From an uncultured Ruficoccus sp. (GTDB lineage Bacteria > Verrucomicrobiota > Verrucomicrobiia > Opitutales > Cerasicoccaceae), in assembly GCA_965140785.1 (NCBI GenBank), contig OZ223484.1, forward strand, positions 95,847-159,846: a stretch of DNA of 64,000 nucleotides, in the 5' to 3' direction. How positions within the stretch are numbered: the stretch's first letter is position 1; each line of letters starts with the position of its first letter. Made by a program: the position numbers and the translations under genes. Below, piece after piece: positions 61,895 through 64,000 of this stretch. The notes under the pieces are model-generated. The model saw only the letters and a program-made list of their open reading frames with translations. It searched no databases and was not told where the DNA came from.

Positions 61895-61974
61895 AGGTAG
61901 CCGCCTTTCTGGCGGCGTAGGGGCAGAGCCCCTGAGTGTCGTGTGCGGCCACGCACCGTAGGGGCAGAGCCCCT
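61895..61974 (-). repeat. REP-like two-hairpin dispersed repeat, copy 4, plus a duplicated half copy
   Basis: Reverse complement AGGGGCTCTGCCCCTAC-GCCGCC-agaaa-GGCGGC-TACC at 61895-61934; CGTAGGGGCAGAGCCCCT repeated at 61957-61974. Confidence 0.72.
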
Positions 61975-62000
61975 CAATGCCAGCGGAGGTACTCCGCCGC

Positions 62001-62579
62001 CTACCAGCCGACGGAGTTGCGTCCGCCTTGCTTGGTGATCTCGACCTGGTCTTCCCACACGGCCAGGCCGCTGGAAATTTCCGTCAGCGAGAGCTGGAAG
62101 ACGTAGGTGACCTGCTTGGTGTTCCCGGCGCGGGCGTTGACCTCGAGGATCTTGCCCGAAAGGCTGAAGAAGGGCGTGGGCGAGGCGTTGGTGTTAACAT
62201 AGGCGGCCAGCGGATCTTCCGGGGGGGCCAGCACGTCAATGGTCGTGGTGGTCATGGCCTTGCCGGAGCGGTTGAGGGCGATGCGGATGCGCTTGGTCAG
62301 CAGGTCGGTATCGACATGGGTGCGGGTGTCGTTGATCACCCGGCTGACAGCGAGTACTGCCGGTTGCGAGGGCGCCCGCTCCAGCACGTTCGAGGAAAGC
62401 AGCGAGTCAATCATCTGGTCGGAGGCATTGGACCAGTCCTGGATGTTGATTTCATCAACCGAGACGATGGTCCGCGGTCCGGCGGAATCGACGTACTTGG
62501 CGTCACCGCCGGAGTTACAACCGGAGAATCCCAGCGTGGCAGCCAGGACGAGAGAGAAGGTGATCAGCGTCTGTTTCAT
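62001..62579 (-). CDS. lpoB: Penicillin-binding protein activator LpoB family lipoprotein
   Basis: Lipobox LGFSGC; V.N.T..HVDT, LSGKI, FQLSL....GLAVW; follows a ycfL-like gene. Confidence 0.8.
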   Translation of the reverse strand: MKQTLITFSLVLAATLGFSGCNSGGDAKYVDSAGPRTIVSVDEINIQDWSNASDQMIDSLLSSNVLERAPSQPAVLAVSRVINDTRTHVDTDLLTKRIRIALNRSGKAMTTTTIDVLAPPEDPLAAYVNTNASPTPFFSLSGKILEVNARAGNTKQVTYVFQLSLTEISSGLAVWEDQVEITKQGGRNSVGW

Positions 62580-62606
62580 AGCGAATAAAAGGAAATAAAA
62601 GAAAGG

Positions 62607-63065
62607 TTATTTACCCGGGGCGCGAGCCTTGGGATTGCTGGAGCCGCTTTCGTCCTTCGGGCCCATCGAGTCGAGCAGTTGGAGCCGGAAGTCCGCCGCG
62701 TCCGGGCTGGGTGAGACGCCGGAGACGTAAACGGTTTGGCGGCCCTCGACCTGGCTGGTGCGCCAGGGTGGCGCCGAACGGGTCACCTGCATGCCGTCCT
62801 TGTCGAACCACTGGAAGCGGTAGAGGAAGCGATGATACTCGTTGGTCTTGTTTTTCAACTCCACCTGAATCTTGAGCAGGTTGCCGCTGACGGTGCTCTG
62901 GATCACATCCTCGATCGAGACAATATCGGCCAGGCCGGGGTCGGTGACAACCTTCTTGGTGGCGATGTAGTCGGGCGTCATTTCGGGCTCGGCCCGCTCG
63001 ACAGTGTTGACGGTGGAGCAGCCCGCCAGCGCGAGCGCAAAAAGAGGAAGAAGGAATTTTTTCAT
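62607..63065 (-). CDS. YcfL (DUF1425) family lipoprotein
   Basis: Lipobox LALAGC; YRFQWFD..G, SP...A.DFRL. Confidence 0.82.
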   Translation of the reverse strand: MKKFLLPLFALALAGCSTVNTVERAEPEMTPDYIATKKVVTDPGLADIVSIEDVIQSTVSGNLLKIQVELKNKTNEYHRFLYRFQWFDKDGMQVTRSAPPWRTSQVEGRQTVYVSGVSPSPDAADFRLQLLDSMGPKDESGSSNPKARAPGK

Positions 63066-64000
63066 AGTGAGAGGGCTCCCTGGTCCGGCATCGGATAATC
63101 GCTTTTTTTCATGACGAACTGCTGTACGGACACCGAGGCGCTGGGAGAGTTGCTTTTAACATAAATGACATTAACCTGTCCGTCCAAAAGGTCAACGGTA
63201 AGCCGCTGGGCGCCGCGTAACTGAATCTCCACCTGGCGGCTCTCCGGGGTCGGAAAACGGCAGTAGGAGAACTCCTTGGGCAGGGTCAGCCAGGTGCGCA
63301 GGTCGGCCTGGTTGGTAGCCGCCGAGTAGATCGAGGTGCCGATCATGGCCAGGGCGTTGATGGTGCCGTTGCTCTTGGTGGCCTCATAGACGCCGTACTG
63401 GATGCCGGCCTTGACCCCGGCGGAAATCAGCGTGCGGGTGATGATAACCGGCAGCTGGTTCTGAAAATCCTGGGCCACCACCGAGTCCATGTCGCTGACC
63501 GTGGCGGTCTCGTAGCCGACCCCTTCGGCTGTGGCGGTCAGGCTGGGCACGTAGTAGTCGTTGAACTGTAACTGCGGGAAAGCCACCCCGACATAAGGAA
63601 CCTGCCGGGTGACCAGAAACAGCGGGATGTCGATGCGCTGCTCGGTCCGGGCGGGGGCCATGCCGGTTTCGAAGATCACGTACGTCAGGTGCGGCAGGGG
63701 CTGGCCGTTGAGGCGGGCCTGAACCGTTTCCAGGTCGCGGCGCAGGTAGTCGTTGCTGGGGAGCATGCTGCGGACCCGTTCGAACGCCTGCCGCGAACGG
63801 TCCAGGTCGGAGGCACCGGAGGCGTTGCACATGAAGTAGAGCCCTTCCAGAAAGACCGTGAACGGGTTCACGTAGTCGGCGTACGCGCTGTAGCTGTGCA
63901 GGTAATCGTAGGCCGAGCTGATCTGCCGCTGAAAGGCCGGATCGCGCTGGGCCTGCTCGACATTGTAGCCGTCGTCCTCGTCGGACTCGGCCCTGTCCGT
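63062..64000 (-). CDS. COG3014-like protein, 5' truncated by window edge
   Basis: Frame open to the window end; Y.NPF..FL.GL, FETG.AP, ADLRTW.TLP; upstream of ycfL-lpoB. Confidence 0.78.
   Translation of the reverse strand, partial: TDRAESDEDDGYNVEQAQRDPAFQRQISSAYDYLHSYSAYADYVNPFTVFLEGLYFMCNASGASDLDRSRQAFERVRSMLPSNDYLRRDLETVQARLNGQPLPHLTYVIFETGMAPARTEQRIDIPLFLVTRQVPYVGVAFPQLQFNDYYVPSLTATAEGVGYETATVSDMDSVVAQDFQNQLPVIITRTLISAGVKAGIQYGVYEATKSNGTINALAMIGTSIYSAATNQADLRTWLTLPKEFSYCRFPTPESRQVEIQLRGAQRLTVDLLDGQVNVIYVKSNSPSASVSVQQFVMKKSDYPMPDQGALSL

Overview
GC-rich bacterial chromosome window, probably Verrucomicrobiota/Opitutales (a tentative inference from the PEP-CTERM protein and gene content). 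Most of it is housekeeping or envelope genes: uup-like ABC-F, hisA, tig-clpP-clpX, ActP-like symporter, TetR-RND efflux operon, frameshifted dsbD, CBS hybrid kinase, htpG, ppk1, mlaEFD, two rsmE, rsmD, two gmd, pilC and an lpoB/ycfL operon. The main discovery is an 8.4-kb element (51893-60342) integrated in tRNA-Gly(TCC) between 47-bp direct repeats. All its genes are on one strand. It encodes a tyrosine integrase, an excisionase-like protein, a stand-alone primase-type origin-binding domain next to a long palindrome, a putative scaffold, an epsilon15-gp7/BPP-1-like major capsid protein and a short tape-measure-like protein. I recognise no terminase, portal, tail tube or lysis genes, so it looks like an unusual phage satellite that may reprogram both capsid size and tail length of a helper. 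It also carries a C4-like antisense RNA with its target sites, four TGGAACA-N16-TGTTCCA palindromes, an orphan HigA with paired palindromes and an LmbU-like protein. Outside the element there is a MITE, a dispersed two-hairpin repeat with covariation, and a trypsin-fold protein with an apparent His-Glu-Thr triad. All family assignments come from motif recognition by eye, not database searches.
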